IMG/VR virus record: IMGVR_UViG_3300042330_000875
Location: 1-64,000 of that record
Direction: 5' to 3' (one strand)
DNA length: 64,000 bases
Origin: a virus
In this document: positions 30,385 through 40,449 of the stretch, piece after piece
Numbering within the stretch: position 1 is the stretch's first letter
Layout: each line of letters starts with the position of its first letter
Position numbers and translations under genes: made by a program
Notes under the pieces: generated by a model
Seen by the model: only the letters and a program-made list of their open reading frames with translations
Database searches by the model: none
Told to the model about the DNA's origin: nothing

Positions 30385-31182
30385 TTAGTATAAACTAGAT
30401 AAACAAATTCTTGAATATTCGTTTCCACGATTAAATTGTTTAAACTTACCAAAGCTGTATCCTAAAATAACACTATCACTTGGTATTATTTTTAATTTAT
30501 CACAAATAGAAATTTGTTTAATTCTATATTTTTCATATAACGTATCTATATTATTATGTATAATATAATTATAAGCTATATTCATTCCTAGAAACGGTAA
30601 ATGATTATTTTGATTTAATAATTCAATAGGATCATCATCATATTTTTTAGTAAATCTAATACCACATCTATATTGAAAAACCGGAATTATTTTATGCATA
30701 GAATGCGCTATAACATCAATACAATTGTTATTTGGTATTTTTATCTTTTTTGTTGTGCCATAATAAGCCAAATCTAAAAAAACTTTAATATCGTTTACAT
30801 CACAATAATTTAATATTTCATCAATATTTTGAAAGCATCCGTTATCACAAAACGGAAAACTAATAGCTAAAATTCCTTCTTTTATTTCTTTAAAATTTTT
30901 TATAAAATTAATATTCATATTTAAAAATTTTGCCACATTTTGATAATATGAATATTCACCAACAAATAAATTCAAGGTTTTTGTTTTATTTTTCATTAAC
31001 CAAACATCAATTGATTGTGTTATTCCTGTTGTTATATTAATTTGATCAAAATCATTTATACCTAAAAATTTTTGATATTTTAATTTATAATCATTTGATA
31101 ATATAAATGAATTAGTTATTTTATTAAAAATTGGTTTTATTTGTTTTAAACTCATTTTCTTTTTAAATCCAAAGTAATACAA
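30385..31182 (-). CDS. PLP-dependent transferase-like protein
   Basis: FLDLAYY, HSMHK, RCG; paralog of 26319 (GEYSY). Confidence 0.7.
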   Translation of the reverse strand: MYYFGFKKKMSLKQIKPIFNKITNSFILSNDYKLKYQKFLGINDFDQINITTGITQSIDVWLMKNKTKTLNLFVGEYSYYQNVAKFLNMNINFIKNFKEIKEGILAISFPFCDNGCFQNIDEILNYCDVNDIKVFLDLAYYGTTKKIKIPNNNCIDVIAHSMHKIIPVFQYRCGIRFTKKYDDDPIELLNQNNHLPFLGMNIAYNYIIHNNIDTLYEKYRIKQISICDKLKIIPSDSVILGYSFGKFKQFNRGNEYSRICLSSLY

Positions 31183-32165
31183 TGTGGACCACCACCCAAT
31201 GTCCTACAATGTGTTAGTTTAATTGGTATGCAATCAAAATTGTGGTTTTTTAATAATTTCATTAAAGGTTTTTGTGTTTCTTCTACTATAATAGTTCGTT
31301 CATCAATACTTAATATATTCATAGCCATCCAAATACTACTATTACCAAAGTCTTGATGTATTTGAGTAGGGATCGGTTCATCGAAATAAATACAATTCCA
31401 ATTTTTGAAAAATTCCGGCAGGTTATGTTTATTAACTCTTGAAGAATTTAATAAAATTGTATTATCATTTAATGGAACAAAAGTTGTATCAACATGCATG
31501 TAAGAATAAAAATTTTCTAAAATATGTAGTTTATAATTTTTTGGTATATTTCTTTTTAACCATTCTGCGCCTTTTAAATTTCCAGTATTGCTTACTAAAT
31601 AAAATATATTATTATCTACTTTAAAAATATTTGCGGCATCAAATAAAATTTCTTCATTTGTTAATGTTGGTATTTTTAAATCATTTAATTGATAATTTTT
31701 ATCTAATAATTTTTGCTTTGGGGCGCTGATCCAGTTAAACCCTTCTTGAAATTTTTCTTCAAAAATTTCAAATAAAGAGAAATTCTCAAAATATCTTGAT
31801 CGTAACACATTTGGTGATTCAATTATAGTATTTTCTATTACTAATGCTGTGTCTCTTGGGCAATAAGAAAAATATTGTTCAGTTTTCCAAAAGCTATTAC
31901 TAATTTTATTTTTATTAATTGGTTTACTTCTATATGTTTTTATATTATGCGACCTTAATAATTCTTCAAATTTTTCTAAATCATCGAATGTTTCATCAAT
32001 AATATTTTTAGGATATTGACCTAATTTCAATTTTTTAAATTCATTATTTGATAAATTAGCATATTCGATACTATGCATAGATTTATCTTTTGTATTAGGT
32101 TTAATAGCATTTATAATATTACCTATTATAACTTCTTGTAATGTTGAATATTCGTTTTTAATCAT
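31152..32165 (-). CDS. Amidinotransferase (glycine/inosamine-phosphate amidinotransferase-like)
   Basis: NEYSTLQEVIIG, YCPRD, FDAAN, HVD, GGGPHCIT. Confidence 0.9.
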   Translation of the reverse strand: MIKNEYSTLQEVIIGNIINAIKPNTKDKSMHSIEYANLSNNEFKKLKLGQYPKNIIDETFDDLEKFEELLRSHNIKTYRSKPINKNKISNSFWKTEQYFSYCPRDTALVIENTIIESPNVLRSRYFENFSLFEIFEEKFQEGFNWISAPKQKLLDKNYQLNDLKIPTLTNEEILFDAANIFKVDNNIFYLVSNTGNLKGAEWLKRNIPKNYKLHILENFYSYMHVDTTFVPLNDNTILLNSSRVNKHNLPEFFKNWNCIYFDEPIPTQIHQDFGNSSIWMAMNILSIDERTIIVEETQKPLMKLLKNHNFDCIPIKLTHCRTLGGGPHCITLDLKRK

Positions 32166-32755
32166 TTATAGATGCTCTTTCTTGGTATTACATTTTCAGT
32201 ATCAGACGTATAATATATAAATCTCAATGCTTCTGCATTATTAGAATTTTTACTAACTGAATGCCAAGAATTTTCAGTATTTTCAAATATAACAAAATTA
32301 TTTTTAATCCAATCGTATGTAACTTTATTATTATCATTTTCTAAAATTAATTGACAATCGCTATTATTTAAAAAATAAATTCCAGTTAAAAATCTTTTTA
32401 AACCTAGATAGCTATTAATTGTATAATCTATATGTGCTTCAACCATATGATTTTCAGGTATTCGCATAAAACCCCCGCCCCAAAAATTCATATCAACAAT
32501 TATTCCTTTTTTATTAAAATAATTTTCTAATTTTTTTATAAATTTATGATTATAAAAATAATTTACGGGTATATTAGTAATATTTTCATCTAAATCATAA
32601 ATCCAAGTATACTCGTGTAATAATGTGTTTTTATTTTGATAAATTTTGCATTCTTTTTCTGTTAATTTATTAAAATAAATTTCTAATGTATTTGTAATTT
32701 CATTAGAAAAAACATTTGTTAATAATAAATGATTATAAGGTTTATTTTTAAACAT
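32162..32755 (-). CDS. 2OG-Fe(II) oxygenase
   Basis: GGG, AHID, SWHSV. Confidence 0.75.
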   Translation of the reverse strand: MFKNKPYNHLLLTNVFSNEITNTLEIYFNKLTEKECKIYQNKNTLLHEYTWIYDLDENITNIPVNYFYNHKFIKKLENYFNKKGIIVDMNFWGGGFMRIPENHMVEAHIDYTINSYLGLKRFLTGIYFLNNSDCQLILENDNNKVTYDWIKNNFVIFENTENSWHSVSKNSNNAEALRFIYYTSDTENVIPRKSIYK

Positions 32756-32770
32756 ATAAATATTTATATG
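32753..32770. promoter_or_regulatory. Bidirectional T4-type late promoter palindrome
   Basis: CATATAAATATTTATATG: perfect palindrome, TATAAATA on both strands, ends are the two start codons. Confidence 0.75.
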
Positions 32771-33409
32771 AAAATATTATTATTATCTTCTGAAAGAAGT
32801 GGAAGTACCGCATTTCAAGAATTTTTAGCTAATAAAAATAATATTAAAAATTATTTAGAACCTTTTGAAAATACTCAAAATAAAAGATTTACAAAAAGTA
32901 ATGAATATTCAATAATTAATGCTATAAATATATTATGTAACGATAATAATTATATTATAAAAATACAAATGAATCAAATGAATGATAATAAAATAAAATT
33001 TATAATTAATGAGTTACAAATTGATAATATAATAGTATTATTGAGAAAAAATTTTATTGAACAATGTTTAAGTAATCAATTATCAAATTATACGGATAAA
33101 TGGCACAATTCAGATTTAAAACCAAAAGATAACATAATACATCATGAAATGATAAAAAATAAAACATTTAAGGCAAATGAAAAATATTTTATAAATCAAG
33201 AAACTTACAATAAAAGATTATTAAATTGGGGGTTAAAAAATCCTATTTATTTTCATGAAGATAATATTGTTAATTTTAATTGTACACGTTATAAAAAATT
33301 AAATAACAATATTATCACTAATTTTACTAATCAAAATGAAATATTTCATTTTAATACTAATTATAATGTTAGTTTGAGAAAATATTTAAATGAAAATTTA
33401 TATTATTAA
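32768..33409 (+). CDS. Sulfotransferase-like P-loop protein
   Basis: ERSGST, YLEPF, LLRKNFIEQCLS. Confidence 0.6.
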   Translation: MKILLLSSERSGSTAFQEFLANKNNIKNYLEPFENTQNKRFTKSNEYSIINAINILCNDNNYIIKIQMNQMNDNKIKFIINELQIDNIIVLLRKNFIEQCLSNQLSNYTDKWHNSDLKPKDNIIHHEMIKNKTFKANEKYFINQETYNKRLLNWGLKNPIYFHEDNIVNFNCTRYKKLNNNIITNFTNQNEIFHFNTNYNVSLRKYLNENLYY

Positions 33410-34430
33410 AGAACCAACAGAAAATGATTTTTTTTATATAGAAGATTTAATTTCTTATTTTAATTTAGAAATAGTCGAAGATATTAAACAAGCAGATATT
33501 TTGTTTTTTCAACCTTATTATGATTATGGTAATTATAATAATGCACATACGATTTAATCGTATGTGCATTATTATAAACCTATTGTTTATTTTGATATTT
33601 GTGATTATAGCCCATTATATGAAAATAAAGAACTATTTAATTTTTTAAAAGAAAACAATATAAAATTAGTAACCTTTGATAAAGAAAATATTAAAATTAT
33701 AAATGATGAATTTATAATGAATTATTGGGAATTAAAAAGTTATCTAACAACATTAACAATAAAAAATGAAATTAATAAAAGATTTTTATGTTTAAATCGC
33801 AGGATTCATGAATTTAGAAATACATTAATTGGTGAATTATATAATCAAAATTTATTAGATAATTTTTTATTAGGTTTTGGGCGCGAACGATCAGGTAAAA
33901 AACAACATTTTGATTATAATAATTTAAAATATATAACAAATAACAATTATAAAAATTTTGAAAAACAATTACCAATTATATTACAAAACAAAGTTAACAA
34001 TTTAACTGTTGAAGATATATTTTTATTAAAACAAGATTTGTTCTCTAAAACCCAAATGAGTATAGTAACAGAAACAAACTTTAATTTTCCCATTTTAACA
34101 GAAAAAACATATTTAGAATTAAGTAATAATCGACCTTTTATAATAGCTGGCGGCGCTTATTCATTAAAAAAATTACACAATAAAGGTTTCAAAACTTTTT
34201 CTTTATTATGGGATGAAAATTATGATTTAATAGAAGATCATACAAAAAGGTTAAATGCTATCGTAGAAGTAATTAGATTTCTAAATAATTTAGATAGTAA
34301 AGAGTTTAATAATATTATTGAGAAATCAAAAATAATATCAGAATATAATAAACAAATATGTAATGAAATTTTACAAAAAACTAAAAATAACTTTAATCAA
34401 TATATTAGGAATATAAATGAAAATATTTGA
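33390..34430 (+). pseudogene. Glycosyltransferase-like gene with in-frame TAA at 33555..33557
   Basis: ORF from 33390 is in frame with the 33564 ORF; SIVTET, TEKT, RPFII, GFKTF, WDENYD motifs. Confidence 0.6.
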
Positions 34431-35397
34431 TCCAAACTATAAAAATAATATTGAAATAAAAAATAATTGGAATTGGTATGGATTACTTGGTTTAAAAAGA
34501 TTAATTCCTGAAATAGAAATAACTGAAAATATCGAACAAGCAGATTTTGTTTGGATTGAAAACTCACCTAATAAAAGAGTTAGTAAAAGAAAAGATTTTC
34601 CTGTTTATTCAAATAAAACACATATTTTAAATGCAGGTTTAGAATATGAAAATACTAAATATGATTTACCAAAAAATTATATTGTGTTTGATTGTAATGA
34701 AAAAAACAATCAAATAGATTTTAACTTATGTAAATTAACAAGTTGGTTAGATGGTCAATTAGTCACAGGAAATAAAGAAATAAAATTTAATTTTGGATTT
34801 CGTCGCCCTGATATTCATAGAAACTCATTGGAAAAATTAATAAATAATTTTTCTGTTTATCATTATCGTTGTGAAATTCCCGAAAAAATAAACGATGATA
34901 TTTTTTTAAATTCAAAATATGCCGATTTATTTCAAGAAAATATATCGGATAATATCTTTACAGATATTGCTGGTGTTCACAATCAAGTTCCTGAATCTTT
35001 TGTTAACATGTATAAAGAAACAAATATATCAATTGTAATGGAAACAATGTTTTGGCATGATTTATGCTTTGATAGTGAAAAAGTTCATCGAGAGTTAGCT
35101 TGTGGAATGATACCAATTATTTTTGGACCTATTGGTATTGTTGAAAAATTAAAAAATCAAGGATTTATTTTTCCTGAACATTTATGGGATCATAGTTATG
35201 ATAAGATTATTGATCCATTAAAACGATTTGATTTTCTCGTTGACCAATTATTTGAAATAGAAAAAACATCTAATAGAGAATTTGATTTATGGAAAAAAGA
35301 ATTTGAAATAATTGGTTTTAAAAATCATCAAACAGCTAAACGGAATTTAAAAAATGATATTGATAATCTTAGAAAAATTTTTCATAATTTTCTGTAA
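34417..35397 (+). CDS. Glycosyltransferase-like protein, paralog of preceding gene
   Basis: SIVMET, SEKV, PIIFG, WDHSYD. Confidence 0.55.
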   Translation: MKIFDPNYKNNIEIKNNWNWYGLLGLKRLIPEIEITENIEQADFVWIENSPNKRVSKRKDFPVYSNKTHILNAGLEYENTKYDLPKNYIVFDCNEKNNQIDFNLCKLTSWLDGQLVTGNKEIKFNFGFRRPDIHRNSLEKLINNFSVYHYRCEIPEKINDDIFLNSKYADLFQENISDNIFTDIAGVHNQVPESFVNMYKETNISIVMETMFWHDLCFDSEKVHRELACGMIPIIFGPIGIVEKLKNQGFIFPEHLWDHSYDKIIDPLKRFDFLVDQLFEIEKTSNREFDLWKKEFEIIGFKNHQTAKRNLKNDIDNLRKIFHNFL

Positions 35398-36283
35398 TAT
35401 CGTTTTTTAACAAAAATAAAACTTCATCTGTTTCATTAAAAAAGCTAAATGATAAGTAGAATGTATATATTATTTTACCATCTTCACAATCATCAATTAT
35501 ATTTGTATGTTCTATGTGATAGTTTACGTTCATGTGCCCAATTAACGAATTAATATCAATTAAAAATTTATTAATTAATTTATTATTTAATATTGGGAGT
35601 TTGTTGTTGAGTTGATAAAAACCGTGATTGGAATTAATAACTATTGAGCATAAACCTGATCCATCTTTATCTAATTTTCCCATAGCCGAAACGGGATAAA
35701 TTTTTTCATCACCGATAAAGAATTTTAATCTTGTTTGAGAAACCACAATATTTCATCCAAATTGTTTTTAAATTCGATTGTTATTCTTATTTTATTAAAC
35801 CATTCATTATCATAATTTATTGTACCATATTTTTCAATGTTAATATTGATATTTTCCGGCAAAGTATCAATATCATCAACAATTATTTGATTTATTTCTT
35901 TATCTGTATGATAAATTGGTAACATATAAGCTAATTGGTTTAATTTTTTGTCTGAAGTTAAGATTAATTCTGGATAACATTCAATTATGTAATATTTTGT
36001 CATTATAAATTCTTTCATTTTGTAATAGCCATAATATTTCATCTACTTCATTATTAAATTTAAAAGAAATACTAATAAATTTCAAAGAAATACAGTCATA
36101 TTCTATTTTTAATAGACTATATATTATATTTTTAGGATAATTAATTTTAAAAATATGGTTAAGTTTTTTTATATGATCTTGATCACTTGTATTATCATTT
36201 AACTCAATGAAATACCCAAAAGCATATTCTTTGTTTTTTGTAAAAGTTACAGGGTTTATAGAATATATAAAATATTCATTCAT
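35369..36283 (-). CDS. Three small related proteins (35369..35746, 35725..~36003, 35981..36283) with C-terminal tag
   Basis: Share FxNxxDE[VI]L[FW][LF]L. Confidence 0.7.
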
Positions 36284-36903
36284 CAGTTATTCCATAATTT
36301 CACTAAATTTTCAACTTGGCTTTCTAATTGATCGATTGATCCATTATTATAAATGATATGGTCAAACGCGCAGTTCAACCAATTCCATTCTGAAATATGT
36401 ATTTTAAGCTCGTTTAAGCGTTCTACAGCAATTTTGTCGCCTCTTGCGGCTTTCACCCCATCTAATATCCAAGAGGGTTCTGGATCGCGCCTAATCCAGA
36501 TTGTAGGGTACTTATTTTTCTTTAACCAATCAAATTCATTTGGGAATCTACAGTCGGTTACAACAACATCCTTGCCATCAAATTTTTTAGCTAAACTTAA
36601 CAACCAAATGTCAGGATGAAAATGTTCACGCATAACATCAGTTCCGATAAATTGCAAAGCAAAACGTGGAGTAAAATTATTAATACCCAATCGGTTACTC
36701 CACCAAACATCAATAGTTTCTCTCCAAACTCTACTTTCAGTTGTTTTGCCTTCTAATAATTCTCTATCCCAAGAAAAAATATTAGCACAAGCATCTTTTA
36801 ACGTGCCAGCAAAACTGGCTTTTTCAAAATGATAATTTTCAATTAAGATACTTCCTAGCGTATCTTTTCCTGCGCCAGCAAATCCACCTATTCCTACAAT
36901 CAT
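36283..36903 (-). CDS. Deoxynucleoside monophosphate kinase (T4 gp1-like)
   Basis: GFAGAGKDT, TPRFALQFIGTD, DCRFPNE. Confidence 0.9.
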   Translation of the reverse strand: MIVGIGGFAGAGKDTLGSILIENYHFEKASFAGTLKDACANIFSWDRELLEGKTTESRVWRETIDVWWSNRLGINNFTPRFALQFIGTDVMREHFHPDIWLLSLAKKFDGKDVVVTDCRFPNEFDWLKKNKYPTIWIRRDPEPSWILDGVKAARGDKIAVERLNELKIHISEWNWLNCAFDHIIYNNGSIDQLESQVENLVKLWNN

Positions 36904-36904
36904 A

Positions 36905-37213
36905 TTAGCTCCATTTTAAAATCATTTCTACTTGAAAAGCGTTATCTTGAATTGGGTGATCTTTTAACCAATCATGGACATTATCATATATTTTGTTATT
37001 TAAACAAAAAGAATATTTCTCATTGGGCCAAATAACTGCTGGTCCAGTTAATCGATGCCAAATATAATCTTTTTCACACCAAACTTTATGACTGCTTTCT
37101 AAATCTTCAAAAGCAGGTGTATTTTCATCAGGTGAAGAAATTTCATATAATGGCATATCATTAGGATCATCAGTAGTAAATTTTTCACCATTTACATAAT
37201 AACGGTATGTCAT
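36905..37213 (-). CDS. HRLTGPA-family paralog, tail type A
   Basis: HRLTGPA, FQVEMILKWS. Confidence 0.85.
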   Translation of the reverse strand: MTYRYYVNGEKFTTDDPNDMPLYEISSPDENTPAFEDLESSHKVWCEKDYIWHRLTGPAVIWPNEKYSFCLNNKIYDNVHDWLKDHPIQDNAFQVEMILKWS

Positions 37214-37677
37214 CTCATTAAATCAAATTGAGAAAATAATGGTCCGATTTCATCTTTATTACCAAAATAATAAAATACAGTCATTTCTTCACGCAAACAA
37301 AGACGAACGATTTTTCCACTTTCAATTTTAAAATTTTCTGTAACTGTAATATCATTATCTAAACATTTTACAATTTCTTCATCAGCCCAAAATGGATAAG
37401 TTGGATCGATAACAACATCTTTAAAAAATGTATAATTTTTATTAAAATCTTCAATTTGTTTATAAGATGCAGTTAAAGCAATTGTTGTACCAAATCCATT
37501 GCCTGAACGAATCCAAAGATCAAATAATTCATTATTGATTAAACTTGATGGATTGGTAAGATAATCATAAACAAATTTTGTCCCAGCATGATTTGCTTGA
37601 GCACAGGCTTTACCAGGATTCATACTATATAAATCACTTGGGATTAAAAGATAAAGAATAGGGGTTGTTGTAGTCAT
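37210..37677 (-). CDS. Peptidyl-tRNA hydrolase 2-like protein
   Basis: MNPGKACAQANHA; later DPT. Confidence 0.75.
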   Translation of the reverse strand: MTTTTPILYLLIPSDLYSMNPGKACAQANHAGTKFVYDYLTNPSSLINNELFDLWIRSGNGFGTTIALTASYKQIEDFNKNYTFFKDVVIDPTYPFWADEEIVKCLDNDITVTENFKIESGKIVRLCLREEMTVFYYFGNKDEIGPLFSQFDLMR

Positions 37678-37702
37678 TAATTTTTCCTCTTAAATTTTTA
37701 TC

Positions 37703-37731
37703 ATTATAAATTAATATCAATTATTAGTCAA
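37703..37731 (-). promoter_or_regulatory. Sigma70-type early promoter
   Basis: TTGACT-N17-TATAAT. Confidence 0.8.
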
Positions 37732-37732
37732 G

Positions 37733-37761
37733 AAAAAAGGGGAAATTTAAATTTCCCCTTT
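37733..37761. terminator. Intrinsic terminator
   Basis: AAAGGGGAAAT-TTAA-ATTTCCCCTTT. Confidence 0.8.
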
Positions 37762-37778
37762 ACACATTTATATGTAAT

Positions 37779-38234
37779 TTAAAATAATTGTTTTAGTAAC
37801 TTAATTTGTTCTAATGTAATATTTTCCCAATCAACAACATTATTATCAATTGTAATTTTAAGAATTTCTTTTTTAGAAAATGGTTCGTTAAAATTAATAG
37901 TTACTTTATGGGGAATTTGTTCAGTTTTTCGTTTAGTTGGTATAAGAATTTCCCAAGGGTCTTTTCCCCTATTATCATTTGGTACTTCAATATTTTTATA
38001 TGTATAAACAGTTCCAGAAATATTTTTATGCGTAACATCTTCAACATCCAAATAGTTTACATTTGGATATTTATCAGCATTACCATTGATTTGATTTAAA
38101 ACCATTAGTGCTTGTTTATATTCATATAATTTATGATATTTATAAAATAGATGTTTGTTTGAATTATAAAGAATTTTTTCTTCTTTATTATTTTCTATAA
38201 AATCATTTATTGCCATATGTAATGTTGTTTTCAT
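37779..38234 (-). CDS. Hypothetical protein
   Basis: 151-aa ORF, AAGGA SD. Confidence 0.7.
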   Translation of the reverse strand: MKTTLHMAINDFIENNKEEKILYNSNKHLFYKYHKLYEYKQALMVLNQINGNADKYPNVNYLDVEDVTHKNISGTVYTYKNIEVPNDNRGKDPWEILIPTKRKTEQIPHKVTINFNEPFSKKEILKITIDNNVVDWENITLEQIKLLKQLF

Positions 38235-38244
38235 AATTTTTCCT

Positions 38245-38550
38245 TTATGAATATTTTAATAACATTTCTACTTGAAATGCATTAACTTGATTTGGGTGTT
38301 CTTTCAACCAATTATGAATATTTTCATAAAATTTACCAATTAACCAAAAATATTCTTTTCCATCATTGTCAATAAACGCAGGGCCAGTTAATCGATGCCA
38401 ACAATTTTTTTCTTTACACCAAAGTTTTTCGCCTGTTATCAAATCTTCCCAAGCTGGTGTTTCTTCATTTAATGAACAAATTTTATCATGTGGAATTTTA
38501 TAATAATCTTTAGTTGTAAATTTCTTACCATCAATATAATAAACAATCAT
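38245..38550 (-). CDS. HRLTGPA-family paralog, tail type A
   Basis: HRLTGPA, FQVEMLLKYS. Confidence 0.85.
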   Translation of the reverse strand: MIVYYIDGKKFTTKDYYKIPHDKICSLNEETPAWEDLITGEKLWCKEKNCWHRLTGPAFIDNDGKEYFWLIGKFYENIHNWLKEHPNQVNAFQVEMLLKYS

Positions 38551-38552
38551 TT

Positions 38553-38855
38553 TTATTCTCGTAATTTAAAAATAGTCAAATTTGCACTATTAAGTTCTTG
38601 TTCAAAATGATCAAAAACATCTTCATAATGAACAAATAGATGAACTTCTTTTTCAGCAGCAAATTTCATAATTACAGGAAGATTATCTTCTTTTCCAATA
38701 GTTAATTGATAAGCAGTAATTTTTTCTTGAAAATCTTTTGGATATTGAGGAAAAGCTAACGTATCCAAGGCGCGCATAACAGCATCTTCAATTTTAAAAA
38801 TAATAACATAACCTTGCCCACCAACCCATTTATCTGTAAAAGCATATTTATTCAT
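38553..38855 (-). CDS. Hypothetical protein
   Basis: Probable start MNKYAF overlapping the tilS stop. Confidence 0.6.
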   Translation of the reverse strand: MNKYAFTDKWVGGQGYVIIFKIEDAVMRALDTLAFPQYPKDFQEKITAYQLTIGKEDNLPVIMKFAAEKEVHLFVHYEDVFDHFEQELNSANLTIFKLRE

Positions 38856-39711
38856 AACTAATCTCCAATTTTGTTTTGTTTTGTTTAAAAGAATATTTTC
38901 CAAACTTAAATGAAATTTTTGTATTTTCATTTTTTAAGTTTAGTTGTTTTAAGTATGTTTCAACTGAACGATATTTGACATTTTGAATATTATTTCTATT
39001 AAGAAATCCCATCCAAGCATTTTTTTGTCGAACGAAGGATAATTGAAACATTGCAGTTAAGTCAATAACATTATTTTGAAAAAATTTATTCCAATCTTCT
39101 AACGCCAATTCATCAATTAATTGTTCTTGTTCACTTAAAACATTAACTGTTTGTGAAACAATTTGTTTCACATCTTTATAATGTGTTTCAATGTTTGGAA
39201 TTAAAGTATTTCTAATAAAAACACGATTTCTATTATTGTCAAAATTAGTTGGATCATTGATCCAATCAAGAAAATTTTCTCGGCAATAATTTAAAATATC
39301 TTTTTTAAAAAGATTTAGCAATGGTCGATAAATTGTAAAATTTTCAAATTCAACAATTTCTTTAATTCCAGTTAATCCACGCAAGCCTGATCCACGAAAC
39401 AATCTTAGAAAAAATGTTTCGATATTATCATCTTTATGATGCCCAACTAAAATTTTATCACCATGTTTTGCTAAAGCAGAATATCGTTGATTTCTTGCTG
39501 TGTTTTCAAAATTACCCTTTTTACAAAAAACATTTTCTACAATTAAATGAAAATTGTGTTTTTTAGCAAAATTTTTACAAAATTCTTCTTCAAGTTTATC
39601 TTGATTGGATTGGTTATGATTTACATAAACAATTTTAGGATTTAAATGTTGTGTTTTATGCCAAAGACAAACCGAATCTGCCCCGCCCGAAAATCCTAAA
39701 ACCCAATTCAT
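38848..39711 (-). CDS. tilS: tRNA(Ile)-lysidine synthetase
   Basis: SGGADS, ARNQRY, GHHKDDNIETF, RPLL, DPTN. Confidence 0.92.
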   Translation of the reverse strand: MNWVLGFSGGADSVCLWHKTQHLNPKIVYVNHNQSNQDKLEEEFCKNFAKKHNFHLIVENVFCKKGNFENTARNQRYSALAKHGDKILVGHHKDDNIETFFLRLFRGSGLRGLTGIKEIVEFENFTIYRPLLNLFKKDILNYCRENFLDWINDPTNFDNNRNRVFIRNTLIPNIETHYKDVKQIVSQTVNVLSEQEQLIDELALEDWNKFFQNNVIDLTAMFQLSFVRQKNAWMGFLNRNNIQNVKYRSVETYLKQLNLKNENTKISFKFGKYSFKQNKTKLEISYE

Positions 39712-39723
39712 AATAATCTCCTT

Positions 39724-39942
39724 TTATTTTAATTTACATTGAATTAATTCATTATCTTTTTCTTTTCTTTCTGTACGTCTATCAAAGTCTCTAGTTTGTC
39801 CATAATAAACATAACGGTTTTCAATAATAAATTGTCTTGCCGCCATACATGTATCGTATGAAGAAAATTCTTGCATACTAACATTATTAGCTGGTCCTGA
39901 TAAATTACCAATAACAATTAAAACATATGCAATATTATTCAT
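39724..39942 (-). CDS. Small hypothetical protein
   Basis: SD; promoter TTGACA-N17-TAATAT at 39976..40004. Confidence 0.65.
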   Translation of the reverse strand: MNNIAYVLIVIGNLSGPANNVSMQEFSSYDTCMAARQFIIENRYVYYGQTRDFDRRTERKEKDNELIQCKLK

Positions 39943-40144
39943 AATTTCTTCCTTATCTTATAAAAATCGATTAATATATTAGAAAATTTTTTATTATTTG
40001 TCAAGATAATTTACTTCAAGATTTATTAAATCCCAATAACATCCAACAATAAAACCTATTGCAAATAAATGATGTACATAAAAAGTTAAAAAAGCGCTTG
40101 CACATAATACAAGTATAATTAAATTTTCTAAATTAAAAATCGTC

Positions 40145-40339
40145 TTAATCATCATTTTTGTAAAATCCTATAATAGAAATTGCATTTTCCATAAATTCCA
40201 TACCTTGTTCAATTAAAGAATCATTTTGATAACAATCTTCTTCACATGAAATTTTATTTTCATCTCTAAACTCTTTAACCATTTCGTAAAGTTTAATCAT
40301 TTTTTCTTGTTCGTCAATAGAATATTTTTTAAATTTCAT
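40145..40339 (-). CDS. Small hypothetical protein
   Basis: AGGAG SD. Confidence 0.65.
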   Translation of the reverse strand: MKFKKYSIDEQEKMIKLYEMVKEFRDENKISCEEDCYQNDSLIEQGMEFMENAISIIGFYKNDD

Positions 40340-40356
40340 AATTTACTCCTTTTGTA

Positions 40357-40436
40357 ATTTTTGTTAAGTTGCAGTTGTATGAACTAGTCGGAAATAGTGA
40401 GGTTTTCTGCGGCTCTTCATGAATAGAAAATTTATT
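40357..40436 (-). repeat. Non-coding repeat A, copy 2
   Basis: See copy 1. Confidence 0.9.
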
Positions 40437-40449
40437 AGAAATGATAAAA

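Noticed and set aside
33555-33557. Genome-wide stop codon reassignment
   Set aside because: TAA, TAG and TGA all end conserved genes normally; coding density is high in the standard code
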